A stretch of DNA of 64,000 nt, from positions 52,204,001 through 52,268,000 of the forward strand of contig OX597829.1 of assembly GCA_951406725.2 (NCBI GenBank), read 5' to 3'. Within the stretch, counting starts at the first letter, position 1. The number at the start of each line of letters is the position of its first letter. The DNA comes from Octopus vulgaris. Lineage: Eukaryota. Position numbers and translations under genes: made by a program. Below are positions 1-13,580 of the stretch, piece by piece. The notes below the pieces were generated by a model. That model was not told where the DNA came from. It searched no databases and worked only from the letters and a program-made list of their open reading frames with translations.

Positions 1-845
1 TTCTTCTGTTCGTTTTAGATATTTACAATATTTTTGTTTTCATAAACCTCTTTACACATTTGTTTGTTTTTAATAAACTATTTTTTTTTTCTCTATATAC
101 AACAAAAGGGAAATGAGATTGTGTGACGTTCATTCTTTTTCAAGGACAATAAACGTGACTGACGCAAAATTTGTGCAGCCGAGTATCGAAACTAACACCG
201 TAGAATCGGCCTACTTCAATCTACCACATTTTTGTGTTTTTAATCCAAAGATGCCATTATATTATACTGAAATAAAAAATATATATATTTTCCCCTTCTC
301 ATTTGAGTAATCTTAGAATAGCTAGAACCATGTTCATCTCTGTTTAATGCCATCCTTAGTAGAGGCCTCGTTGGGTTGTATGTATCTGGAATATTAAACC
401 TTACAAGGCTGCACATGCTATTATAGCGATTAATTGCTGTACTAATTGTGTTGGATTAATTAAACAGGATGGCTTTGGTTTAGCTGCCGTGATTATCACA
501 TGTTGACTTTCATGGAGAAAGCACTTTAGAAATGTCAGTAACGTTTTCATTATTTTTTTTTTCTATTGGGGGGGTTATCCGGTGAACATTTTCAATATTC
601 TACGCAAGCCTCCGCTAAATCAGTCGTGCGTGGGTCTGCATAGACGACTAGAACAGACAAGTCAGTTCTATTTTGGGAGGGAGTTATGTAACCATCCGTC
701 CAGTAATTGGTACTTTTCCTCCTCTACATCAGAAAATAAAAGGCGAATTAAACTTGCCAAAGAATTTGAATTCAGAACTTCAAGTCATTCATCGAAGGCT
801 CTACTGATTTCATACATTCATACAATCGTGCACGTGTATACACGT

Positions 846-882
<37 letters not shown>

Positions 883-1416
883 GCTTGTTGCAGAAGCTTT
901 ATTTTTTTTATTACCTTTCTTAAAGTCAGTAAAAGTTACTATTACGTAAGTTACTAAAATGAACGCACATCACTATTAAAAAAAAAATTTTAACAGGTAG
1001 TTTGATGGAGGGTATATGGTTGTCTCGTGTAGAGGTTGCCGGTTCTGTCTGACATGCAGATTGATCGGTGTGAGAATGCACACACGCATATCCAGACACA
1101 TATTCAGACACTCATGCACACGTGTACAAAAACGTGCGGACCGGCACAGATTGTGCGATGTGGGGGAGTTCACCTTTCGGCTCAGTACTATGCTCTTCAG
1201 GCTGAAAGACGATTATTCGGCGAAGAAACACGTATATAAGCGTGTGTGTGTGTGTGTGTGTGTATGGAAGTGTGGGGGATTAGTGGTTAAAGTGTTGGAC
1301 TCCTGGTCATGAGCTTATCTAGCAAGAATAGGTAATCCTGCGACGGACCGGCTTCTTGAGCAGTGGAGGTAGTATACAATCGCCAACCATACATACATAT
1401 ATGTTTGTTATTAAGA

Positions 1417-1690
1417 TAAGCGAGCTGGCAGAATCGGTAGCACGCCGGGCGTTTCGTCCGTCCTTATGTCCGAGTTCGAATTCCGCCGGAGTCGACTTTG
1501 CCTTTCATCCTTTCAGAGTTTATAAATTAAGAGCGGAGGTAAAGAATACGTACACCACACCTTTTTGGTTTAACAAAATCCCTAAACACCGGGTGTACGT
1601 ATTCTTACACTGGGGTCGATGTAATCCTCTCCCCCCAAAATTTCACTCCTTGTGTCTTTAGTAGAAAGGATTATTATTATTATTATTATT
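1417..1690 (+). mobile_element. tRNA-derived SINE with Nin-domain-like core (GTCGACTTTGCCTTTCATCCTTTC)
   Basis: A/B-box-like head (GAGCTGGCAGAATCG...GAGTTCGAATTCC), shared core, (ATT)n tail. Confidence 0.75.
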
Positions 1691-2105
1691 TATACTAAAC
1701 ATACATATATATGTATGGTTTACATTTATTTGTGCAGTATTCAGTACTTATTTAATACTGAAAATGATCCTTTCTATAGACACACATTTAATGTTCAAAG
1801 ATATTTTAAAATTAGACCAGTCTATATATTTACTCCTTACAGTGTGAGGGGAAATATACGAGTTTGTTTTAAATGTGGTGTAAGTATCCACAAGCACCAT
1901 GTGGTGCAACACTCGAAATTTTTTTTTTTTTTCTTCTATTAAAAATTTAACTACAGTATTTTGGGCTGAAACGCATAAAAGAATAACCGTTAATACGTAG
2001 GGTTTACGAGAGACTAACATCTCCAGAACAATGTTTGATATATTTGAAAACTGAGAAAAATCAGTTTCATTCGTCAACAGCAACACTTCTCAATAAGGTG
2101 CACTA

Positions 2106-2517
2106 TGAAGTATACCTACACAAATGTGCATTCATTCCCTCCACGATTTGGTTTTCTCAAGACTTTTAGAAGAATGGGTACTCTGTAACGAAATTTTCAC
2201 AAACGTCTTTTAGAAGTTGTAGATTCCGATTATGTTGGAATTCAATGTGGAAGAAAATTGATGGGTGCGCACAATATATATTGACACATCACAATTTTAT
2301 TTTCAAAATTTTAGGTTTCATTTTATAGATATATATGTAATAAGTGTGAATGTGCCCACCAATTTTTTTTTTCTACATTAAATTACGATATAATCCTAAT
2401 CCACTAGACTTGAAAGGTATTTGTAGAAAGTTACATTAGAAAATATATTTATTTTCCAAAAGTTATGAGGAAACAAAGTCGATTGGGGGCGGCACATTTG
2501 TGTAGGAATACCCCTTA
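2106..2517. mobile_element. Degenerate palindromic MITE with long inverted arms
   Basis: TATACCTACACAAATGTGC (2111) vs GCACATTTGTGTAGGAATA (to 2510); arms align over about 170 bp. Confidence 0.75.
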
Positions 2518-2759
2518 TGACTGCTCCGATTTCATATATATTTACGAAAAATAAAACTTTTCTCTTTTATTTCTAAGTCGATGTGGCATTTATGTCTCGT
2601 AAAATCTACGTTTATAGTAAAAACTTCACTCTCACGAAAAGGAAATTTGTATTTTAAACATTTCCGCTGCAAATATTAAATATCAACTTAGTCTTAATTT
2701 TATTGTGAACTTCGTAAAAATTGAAGAAAAGAAAACAAAAACAATTTGTCCGCTGAAGA

Positions 2760-3300
2760 TGAATAAACACTAAAAAGGAATTGGTAGAGTTCGCATGATT
2801 TCCCCCCTCGGAGGTCACTTCCGGATGCTGCTACTTCATTCAGTAATCATCAGTTTAACCTCAGATTACTCTTAAATTCCTCTAGAACTATGTCAAAGAC
2901 TTTCCGCACATGATCATCCCATCTTTTTTTAAGAATACATAAAAACAACGTGTCCTTTAGATTTATTTTAAGGCGGCAGTGGTGTGATATAAGAGGGAAA
3001 TTTCGTTGCTACTTCTAACAGGTTGCGCGATGATGTAGAGAGAAAGAAAGCAAGCTGTCGCTTTCGGTTTCCGACTGTTTTCGTTGCTCTATCGTGGATT
3101 GAAAGTACAGATTTAGACTTTTCTATCTATTTTTAGATCGTAACCTGTGGCCGTTTATTATCAGCTTATACCATTCTCTTATTCTCTTGCTTCGTAGATA
3201 GGGCAAGTAAAGGAAAGAAGTTGTTTTTCTCCAAGGACATACGTTTTAATGGCTCTGAGTCTACTACTTACGAGTTTTGCATCAGAAGATCGAATTAATT
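2760..3300. promoter_or_regulatory. Possible promoter/enhancer in a CpG-retaining region, with an ETS-like CACTTCCGG at 2816-2824
   Basis: CpG is visibly frequent over roughly 1-3700 and depleted downstream; ETS core motif present. Confidence 0.3.
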
Positions 3301-5297
3301 TATCTGTAATAAAATTTTACCGATCATTTTATTTAGAAAGAAATCACACAAACTCGGTATAATTTAATCTTGAAACCTTTCATCTTCGTAACTTATTCAT
3401 ATAAATGTTGTTGGTACCGCCGATTCCTCTACTTCTTTTATGACGGGTAGTGTGTGTTATTGAGAAAGGGGTGTTCCAAGCAGACGAATATTTCGATAAA
3501 TCAAAGAAAAATGTAAAAATTTAGCTTATGAATGTACGATGTGTAGAATATTGAGTATAATATGTATTTGTGTATAAGTTGCAGATTTTTGCAGAAGGCT
3601 ACACATTTGGAATGTGATGGTTGTGCCATCTCAAGTCATGTGTACAATCGGCAGTTTCCCGGGGAGCTCACGGGTCTAGGACCCTAAATCTGATCTACGT
3701 ATGCTGTTACTTGCTTTCAATAAAAAGGAAAAAAAATCAATACGGTCCAGTACATTGATTTTGCTCAGATGGTTGTGGGTGAGGGTGTAGTCAACTGGAC
3801 TGACACACTACTTGAATGGTATTTTGTTGACTCAGTAAAATTGAAAGATTGCCAATTCCTTTGGATTCGAATTCAAATTTGAGCAATGTAGCTAATGCAT
3901 GCTGTGAAGTTTTGTTTCTTCACCCATTGTTCATGTATTGGAAATTAAGTAGCCTGGATTTTTATTTATCTTGTTTGATTTACATGCATAAAAATAATTG
4001 AACCCCATGCGTATGTAAACATATATGTCATCATCATCATCGTTTAACGTCCGCTTTCCATGCTAGCATGGGTTGGATGGTTCAACTGGGGTCTGGGAAG
4101 CCCGAAGGTTGCACCAGGCCAGTCAGATCTGGCAGTGTTTCTACAGCTGGATGCCCTTCCTAATGCCAACCACTCCATGAGTGTAGTGGGTGCTTTTTAT
4201 GTGCCACCGACACAGGTGGCAGACTTACATGTGGCCCAAGGAGTCTGCAGTTATAATACTGGTACAAAGTAACGCCATGGTCATTGGAGCAAAATATTTG
4301 AACACATAGTTATGTGTCCAAGTATTATTTCTGCTAGGCCATTGTGTTTCATTGCTGAACAAGACCTATCAACTTATTCTAGTTTGCACTATTTGGCAAA
4401 ATAAAAGCTCAACTCCTTAGTTAATTGCAGAAAGGACATTCGGCTTTAAAATCAGTTATCTCTTCATGATTTATTTACATTTTCGTTAGTTTTAGAAATT
4501 GGACTGCGGCCATGCTGGAGTACCATACTCAAGCATTTTGTCAATCATATCACTGCAGTGCTTATCTAATCTGCTTTTACTTTCGAGCTGTTCAGTTTAT
4601 GGGACATAAAGGGTCATGTAATAACATTTATTTGTAGATCGATATAAACCTAATCATAGACACTGACACATGCATCCATACCATTTTAATCACTTTGTTG
4701 TGTCCACTTTTCCAAGCTTGCATTGAGTCATTCGAAATTCATTGAGGTTTTTCTATAGGTAGATGCCCCTTTTTGTCTCCAACACTAAACCTGTTTTGAT
4801 GCAAGCAAGCAATATTTCCTCAAGTCCTCTGAACACAAATGATGCAATGGCTGGACATAAGATTACATGCGAGTAACATTGTTTGTATAAATGAATGGTG
4901 TCTTTTCTTTTTTCTTTCACAATTAGCTTGCAATGTGATGTCAAGGAGACAAAAATATAAACACATGCGCATACACATCATTACCTGCTTCCAAGCAAGG
5001 TTTATTATATTTCCCATGTCCAGACATGCTTTTGCAGAACAATAGAAATTAATGACACTGTTTGCACGACCGTGACTCTCACTTACAACTATCATGCAGT
5101 GTCAAGGCAAGACACACACATACACATATCTCTCCAACAAACTTCTTTCAGTTTCTGTCTACCAAAACCACTCACTCACAAGGCTTTTAGGTGGCCCAAT
5201 AACAGTTGAATTGAACTTGAAACTGTTTTAACCATGCAGCCACACCTGTTAGCTATGTAGTTCAATATATACATATATATATATAAGATATTTTAAG

Positions 5298-5529
5298 AAG
5301 GCGGTGAGCTGGCAAAAACGTTAGCACGCCGGGTGAAATGCGTATCCGTATTTCGTCTGTTGTTACGTTCCGAGTTCAAATTCAGCCGAGGTCAACTTTG
5401 CCTTTCATCCTTTCAGGGTCGATAAATTAAGTACCAGTTACGCACTGGGGTCGATGTAATTGACTTAATCCCTTTGTCTGTCCTTGTTTGTCCCCTCTGT
5501 GTTTGGTCCCTTGTGGGTAGTAAAGAAAT
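5298..5529 (+). mobile_element. Nin-domain-like tRNA SINE, near full length
   Basis: Same head and core as 1417; further copies at about 10215-10640 (-), 16230-16760 (-) and 57715-57910 (+). Confidence 0.8.
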
Positions 5530-7442
5530 GTATATATTGGATATTTTACTTTTCAACTACCAAATCACTCACAAAGCTTTGAATAGCTTGGGGGCTATAA
5601 CAGAAGGCACTTGCCTAAACAATGGGGCTGAACCTGAAACCACGTGGTTGGAAAAATAACCATCATTTAGCATCCACTTTCCATGCTGGTATGGGTTGGA
5701 CAGTTTGATAGGAGTTGGCTAGGCAGAAGACCACATCAGGTTTCAGCCTGTTTTAGTGTGGTCTTTCACAGCTGGATGCCCTTCCTAACACCAACCACCA
5801 CGCAGAGTGGACTGAGTGCTTTTTATGTGGGCATATATTTATCTTAGTGCAGACCACTCTAAAATCACTGTGTCCCTTTATGTCCTGTAATTTATATATA
5901 AATAGGTGGCTACAATGGGGCTCCTGCACATTTTTGTTGCCAATTAAATTCCACATGTAAAGATTAGTAACCCTAGGCTAAAGTAAATTCTTTTCAATGT
6001 TTCATATTATGAAATCAAACTAGAACTGCACAAATTTTTGAACTTTGTTTCATAGCGAACACTTTCAGTTTTTCTATTAAGATTCAGACATTTTTCTATG
6101 GAATTTAAATAACATTCTTATTTATTTTGTTATCTTATAAGATTGCAAGAAACTTCCAGTAGATGAGAGATAGATAAATGTCAGAGTCGTGCAGATTTGC
6201 TTGGAGATTGTTGTACTAAATAAGTTATAATAAGCTTTGCTGATGTTGAATGCAAACAACTTTTGCCAACCTTCTGAAGGGCATGAATCCACTGGAGAAT
6301 GACATCATCATCATCATCATCGTTTAGTGTCCGTTTTCCGCGCTAGCACGGGTTGGACATAGGAAGGCGAATATCTCTCTCTCTCTCTTTCTCTTTTACT
6401 TGTTTCAGTCATTTGACGGCGGCCATGCTGGAGCACCGCCTTTAGTCGAGCAAATCGACCCTGGGACTTATTCTTTGTAAGCCCAGTACTTATTCTATCT
6501 GTCTCTTTTGCCGAACCGCTAAGTGCTGAAATTTCTTTAACAGTTTGTAATTTTCTGGATGTTTTGACAAAATTTGACACTGTGCATGTACCTGAACTCT
6601 GCAATATAAACATCCAAAAAGCAAAAGTGCCTTCTAAATCCATCTTGCTAAATCTCTACAGTAGATCTGGCTCTACACAAGCTACACTTGGTGGTCATTG
6701 AGGAACTAGAGAGACTTAAGATGTTGGCAGTATATGACGGGTTGATATTTGGCACACAGATTTATGGATCCAAAGATTGGTATAGATAGTTGTAAGAGAG
6801 AAGCAGAATGCAAAGTTTGGCAAGGGCCAGTCTAACTCTAGAGCATCCTACTTGAGATGTGGCTTTGTTGATTTGATGTAAGGTGAAAGTGTTTCCATGT
6901 TTGGTGTGTGAGAGAATGAACCTGATAAAAGGTGTTAAAATGTGATTCTTCATTATCATCATCATACATCTGTTGTCTGTGCTGGTATGGGTTGGACAGT
7001 TTAACCAGAGCTAGCAAATTGGAGAGATGTACCAGGCTCCAGTCTGATTTAGTATAGTTTCTATGGCTGGATGCCCTTCCTAATGCCAACCACTTTACAG
7101 TGTGTGCTGGATGCTTTTACATGGCACTGCATGTGTGCTTCTATGTGGCATTGCAAAGGCACTTTTAAATGGCACCTCACAGGTGCTTTTACATGACACC
7201 ACACAAGTACCTTTATATAGCACCACCACATGGTAATTATGTGGCACCTTTGCAGGTCAGTCCTCTCCTTCAGAGAGACAAGGCTTAACGTAACACTTCT
7301 GCTGTGGAGCAGGGTCTTGGTGCCAGGCATTCTGGTCCTTTGTCTTTAGTAGTGCTTTTAGATTAATCTTTAACTTTTTTTGATACCATTTTGTTTTAGA
7401 CCACCTTTGGTTCTATGGTTACAAACTTCATATTTTAAAGTG

Positions 7443-7775
7443 ATCATCATTTAGCGTCCGCTTTCCATGCTAGCATGGGTTGGACGGTTCAACTGGGGTC
7501 TGTGAAGCCAGAAGGCTGCATCAGGCCCAGTCTGATCTGGCAGTGTTTCTACGGCTGGATGCCCTTCCTAACGCCAACCACTCCGTGAGTGTAGTGGGTG
7601 CTTTTTACGTGCCACCCGCACAGGTGCCAGACGGTGCTAGCAAACGGCCACGGACGGATGGTGCTTTTTACGTGCCACTGGCATGGGGCCAGGCGAGGCT
7701 GGCAACGGCCACGAACGGATGGTGCTTTTTACGTGTCACCGACACGAGGCCAGTCGGGGCAACGGATGGTGGTGC
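7443..7775 (-). mobile_element. RTE 3' UTR end with about 60-bp repeats and a (GAT)n tail; representative of many copies (about 4029, 5660, 6955, 9925, 21284, 25864, 35003, 42720, 48307, 55165, 56069, 56925 on -; 20410, 22655, 61370 on +)
   Basis: CATCATC-TTTAGCGTCCGCTTTCCATGCTAGCATGGGTTGG...GGATGCCCTTCCTAACGCCAACC; contiguous with an RTE ORF at 53938-55125. Confidence 0.85.
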
Positions 7776-9074
7776 CTTCAAAATGTTCCATTAAGATTTT
7801 ATGTTAATTTGTTTCAAACTTCAACATAACAACTGCAGTTGCTTTACTAAATTCTTCAGTGTGTTTCAAGAGAAATATTGTAACACAAGGGTTAAGAGTG
7901 GTGGGTAGGAAGATTCCACTAAGTTGGTAGCCTTCAGCCTGCAATGACTGGAGGTGCTTTTTGCTTGGGTAGTAATCTTACAAGTGTTGTGATGACTGTT
8001 AGAAGCCAACCTGTTGAATGAATAGCATTCCCATTGTATTGGTTTTCATATTTATAGATGCAAATTAGTAAAAACCTGTAACATATAGATGCAGCAAAGT
8101 ATAGCGTTACAGAGCTGTCCTGGCTATTCTCTGTTGCAGAGCAGGTGATATAATGTGAAGATTAAATCTCTATAGATTGTCCGTGTAACATCTTGGCTAA
8201 TTGCAGCTGTAATTCGTTTGACACATTTACACCCCTGCAAATATTTGTTATAAATAATTTAATATTGTGTTACCCACTCTTGAAATATCACTCTAAGCTT
8301 CATCCTCTTTCTTACTCCTTGACTGAATGCTGTTAAACCTATTTAAGGCATATTTCTGCACTTCTAGTGTGTTAAGTGTCCATTTCCAGCCAGTAATGTT
8401 GGTCACTCTATTACTTAGAGCCATAAGTGTTTTGGCTATTAATATTTCAGCTATACACCAAAATAAGAGAATGTATGGTAATTGCAAATAAATGTGTTAA
8501 CTTTATCTGATTGGGCAAGCCAACTGCATGGAAACAGAACTTATTTAGATAAATTTAATACAGTTGATGTCTGTAAATTTTAAATAGCTTGAGTGTTAAG
8601 AGTGCCAAAATGTATTAAGAATGTTGAGTTTTGTAGGATTTTTTTTTTAAGTCATTAGGTACTAGATAATGAGTCTGAAGTTATTTGAAAATTTTAGTAA
8701 CAATATTAGAGAAATAAAATGATTGAAATTTTGGAAAAATTTAAGTAGTAAAATAGGTGCATATGTGGCTATGTAATAAGCAGCTTGCTTCCCAGTTGCA
8801 AGGTTTCTAATTCAGTTCCACTGCATGATTCCTTGTGTATATAGTGTCTTCTACTATAGCTCTCATGAGTGGATTTCTTGAAAGGAAATCAAAAGAAGCT
8901 TGTTCCTTCTCTTGACTTCACATGATGGTTGTAAATTAGTGTCACACTTTACGAACAGTCCTTCATTCCCAATCTTCTGTGAAAACCTGTCTGGCCATAC
9001 AGAAACAGATAAGAGTTGGTGATAGGAAGGGCATCCAGCCATAGAAAAAATCTGCTTTACTGAATTTTGTCATG

Positions 9075-9105
<31 letters not shown>

Positions 9106-9554
9106 GACAGACTTCTTTCTGTTACTGTCTACCAAATCTATTCACAGGGCTTAGGTTTGCAGTGGGCTTGAACTTGAAACCATGTTGGGATGCAGACAGC
9201 CACTCAGCTGTGTCTGTTCCTGATTGTAGTTCCTAATTTGGGAAGTTGCTAATATTTTCTTTTTAATCATCATCATCATCATCATTTTTACATTCATATT
9301 TTTCTCATGCTGACATAGGTTGAACATGGCTTCTTGAGGCAGCATTCTATGACTGGATGGCCTTCCTGATCCTAGCACTTGTCCTTTTGAATGATGTACA
9401 TTCACCAGGCTGCTAGTCTTACTGTTTTTGCAGAATGTAAACAAAAAGTATCACTGCCAAAACAGTGCCAATGTACAGTTCTGTATTTAAGAGATGAGTA
9501 ATTATTTACATTATTTACAATTGACGGATATTTGTCCTCATCTTGTTTGTTCTT

Positions 9555-9600
9555 AACACAGCGTTTCAGCTGATATACCCTCCAGCCTTCATCAGGTGTC
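9555..9600 (-). ncRNA. Penelope-type minimal hammerhead ribozyme motif (probably decayed)
   Basis: Minus strand GACAC-CUGAUGA-A-GGCUG(loop)CAGCU-GAAA-CG-CU-GUGUU; stem I GACAC/GUGUU, stem II GGCUG/CAGCU; position 16.1 is C rather than U. Confidence 0.65.
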
Positions 9601-11044
9601 GTGGGGAAATTTCGAACCTGGGTTCTCATTCCTAAGGTATTTTTCGATGTTATATTTATTCAGGTCACTGCCTGGAATCAAAAAATTTAATCATGCACAT
9701 ATGCCTCCGCTCAACAAGAAAACGAAATATCTTTTGTTAAAATGATTATTTTCTTAGTAAAATCATAATAAAAATTTTATGATAATTAAAAAAAAACATG
9801 AGATAATTAATAGATCTCATTTACAATGTTTTCATAATTCCATCATTTTTACTATCCTGGATCTTATTTCAGTTAGATGAGTATTCAAGCTGGAATATGA
9901 AATAAATGAATCTAGCATTGTTTATCATCATCATCATTTAACGTCCGCTTTCCGCGCTAGCACGGGTTGGACGGTTCAACCGGAGTCTGGGAAGCCAGGG
10001 CTGCACCAGGCTCCAGTCTGATATGGCAGTGTTTCTACGGCTGGATGCCCTTCCTAACGCCAACCACTCCATGAGTGTAGTGGGTGCTTTTTACGTGCCA
10101 CCTGCATAGGTACCAGGGGATGGTCTGGCATCGGCCACGATCGGTTGGTGCTTTTAACGTGCCACCGGCACGGAAGCCAACCAAGGCGGCGCTGGCATCA
10201 ATAATAATAATAATGCTTTCTACTATAGGTACAAGGCCTGAAATTCTGTGGAAGGGAATAGCCATTTACATCGACCTCAGTGTTCAACTGGTACTTATCT
10301 TATCGACCCCAAGGGAGTGAAAAGCAATGTTACCTTCAGTAGAATTTGAACCTAGAACATAAAGAGCCAAAAAAAATGTTACTAAGCATTTTGTGTGGTG
10401 TCCTAATAGCTCTTGCTAGCTTGCTGCCCTTTGTTTAATAATGGTTTCGAATTTTTAGCACAAGGCCAGCAATTTCAAGGAACAGGGTAAGCCAAATTAC
10501 ATGATTCCAGTACTCAACTAGTACCTTTTTTTTTTTATCAACCTCGAAAGGATGAAAGGCAAAGTTGGCCTCAGCAAAATTCAAGCTGCTAACCGTTTTG
10601 CATTGCATGCTAAAAATTATGCCAGTTCACCACCTTACTCCCTTTGTTTAATAATAATAATTTCTTAAATTACTAGACTAAATTTGTAGAGGAAATTTAA
10701 TCTAGCCTGAGGGCAGTATTTCTACTAGTCACTAAATATATGCACATTTGATTCCCAATTTGTGTAACTTTTCTGATGTGTTATGTCTTATTTTCCCTTT
10801 GTATGCTTTCTTTGGTTAATAGTACTCACTTGCTTAATAACTAAATTTAGAATAGTGGTAAGCAATGAAAAACAATGTTAGAATTTAGGAAGAAATCGGG
10901 TTTTATGTTGACTTAGCTAGGTGCACAGTTTATCATATATACATATCAGATTTTATACCTTTTGTATGATAGTGGATTGAATTGCACATCTGGTATATAC
11001 TGGAAAAAAAGTCTTATTGAAAAATTTGTATAAGTTCAAATTAT

Positions 11045-11468
11045 GTGCAGGAGTGGCTGTGTGGATAGGCGCAGGAGTGGCTGTGCGGTAAGTAGCTTGT
11101 TTACCAACCACATGGTTCCAGGTTCAGTCCCACTGCGTGGCACCTTGGGCAAGTGTCTTCTACTATAGCCTCGGGCCGACCAAAGCCTTGAGTGGATTTG
11201 GTAGACGGGAACTGAAAGAAGCCCGTCGTATATATGTATATACATATGTGTTTGTTTGTGTGTCTGTGTTTGTCCCCCTAGCATTGCTTGACAACCGATG
11301 CTGGTGTGTTTACGTCCCCGTCACTTAGCGGTTCGGCAAAAGAGACCGATAGAATAAGTACTGGGCTTACAAAAGAATAAAGTCCCGGGGTCGAGTTGCT
11401 CGACTAAAGGCGGTGCTCCAGCATGGCTGCAGTAAAAAATGACTGAAACAAGTAAAAGAGTAAAGAGT
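11045..11468 (+). mobile_element. tRNA-derived SINE (GGAGTGGCTGTGTGGTAAG head; GACTGAAACAAGTAAAAGAG tail) with duplicated 5' head
   Basis: A/B boxes (GGTTCAGTCCC); near-identical to 50968-51355; many partial minus-strand copies, e.g. 6380-6525, 18810-18990, 19680-20060. Confidence 0.85.
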
Positions 11469-12713
11469 ATGTGGTTGTATAATTTATCATTTCCTCTGTG
11501 TTGCTTTTCCATCAATATACATTTGTTCATTTTAGTAATAATAACCTATATAAAAATACAATAACAGATGTACAGAGATGGGAAATATATTATTTTTATT
11601 ACCATTCATTGCATGAAATATAACATGAACAGTGGAGATCTCATGGAAGGAATCAACTGTAACAGACTTCATGCTATAGTCCTTGTCCTGTTTTGTGACA
11701 GTCTCCTATAATGACCATTATTTTAAAACATTGTGCATTACAATCAAATACTTTAGAAAACGAGTCTAGTTTGTATTTGGCACAATTAATATAAGGTAAA
11801 CTAAAACCATTTCTCTTCTTTTGCTTTTTATTTCTTCAAAAACATCCAACAAATGTGAAAGGATACTGGAATTAAGATAATTTGGCTGTTGCTCAATTGA
11901 GCTTATAGTTTGGAGAAATTTTTTTACTGATATTTTAGTAGAAAGTAGCATCGTGAAGTGTATGAAAGAGAGAGAGAAAAGACAAAAGGTGAGCAGTATC
12001 CTACATGTGAATTAAAATTAGTTTTCTGTAGTTGAAATCTTTAGTAATAAAAAACACTTGAAAAACCACATTTTAATAGAAATCTATTTTAAGAATTTTC
12101 TAGACAGTGTAAACTTTAATAACTATTTCTGTTTTTTTTTTTTAGTAAAAGCTATACACACCCAATTAATTAATAAGCAACAGTTCTCGTCATTATGCTG
12201 GTGAAGATTCAGAGCACTGTTATTTTATTATTTGAGACATATAGATTAAAACTAATAGAGCCATAAATAGAAAAGTGTCAAAGAATTTGGTCTGTAATGT
12301 TGCATTTGATGATTGGAGAATTAGCAGCTTAGGTGTGAATACATTTTTAATTGTTGCTGTTTGATAAACCCAATCTTAATTTCAAATTTTGTCTGACCCT
12401 TCAACCCAAGTATAGCTAAGGTTTAATCCGAAATAGCAAGACTTAATACATTTCCATGTAACTTTGTGATCAATTCTTATGCTTTCATAATTTTTGTCAG
12501 TTGTTTATTTTCTGTATTTGTGCAGAATTCTAGATGATCTCTTTTAGATGTGACTACTTGCAAAACACCACTCTTCCAAATGCTAATCACATTTCATACA
12601 AATTTATTGAAAGATACTTTACAGCAAGTCATGCAAATGTTTCATTGTCTTAAAAAGCGAATGGTGAGAGGGATGTACTGAAGGATCCATTTCATCTTGC
12701 AGCGCTTGTTCTT

Positions 12714-13580
12714 CATCATCATCATCGTCTTTTAATGTCTGCTTTCCATGCTGGCATGGGTTGGACGTTTTGACTGGGGCCTGGCAAGCCAGCAGCAGCA
12801 CCAGGCTCCAATCTGATCTGGTAAGGTTTCTACAGTTGGATGTCCTTCCTAATGCCAACCATTCTGAGAGTGTAGTGGGTGCTTTTTATGTGCACAAGGG
12901 CCAATCAAACGGTACTGGCATCAACTACACTTGAATGGTGTTTTATTACGTGCCACCAGTCAGGGGGCACTGGCATCGACCGCATTCAGATGATGCATTG
13001 GCCACAGCTACGATTTTGGTTTTACTTGACTCAGCAGGTCTTCTCAAACATATCATATCGCTCGATGCATCAAGAATAATTTTAAATGTGCTGGATATGC
13101 AACACTGGCATCGACCATGGCTGCGATCTCACTTTAGTTGCCAGGTCTTCTCAATCCCAGCATATCTCCAAAGGTCTCGGTCTCCTGTTGTTGCTTCTGT
13201 GAGGTCCAACGTTCGAAGGTCATACTTCACCACCTCATCCCATGTCTTCCTGAGTCTACCTCTTCCACAGTTAGTGGTGGCACTTCTACACAGCTGTCCT
13301 CAACCATACATAACACATGACCATACCAGCACAGTCATCTCTTGCACACCACTATTGATGCTTCTTATGTCCAACTTTTCTATCAGGGTGCCCACAGTCA
13401 GGCATTACACATCCAGCAGATCATACTAGCTTCATTTCTTTCAAGCCTACACATGTCCTCAGCAGTCATGACCCATGTTTCACTACTATGTTGCATGGCA
13501 GTTCATACACATGCGTCATACAGTCTACCTTCCATCCTGAGCGAGAGGTCGTTAGTTGCCAGCAGAGGTAGGAGCTCTCT
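12714..13580 (-). mobile_element. Decayed RTE LINE 3' fragment (ORF end, 3' UTR, (GAT)n tail)
   Basis: Minus strand reads ELLPLL...GRLYDAC..TAM.H.SETW, homologous to 53956-54423. Confidence 0.85.

Noticed and set aside
3249-3362. ATG-initiated short ORF (MALSLLLTSF...) as a first exon
   Set aside because: Not convincingly like a mitochondrial targeting peptide, weak donor, no homology
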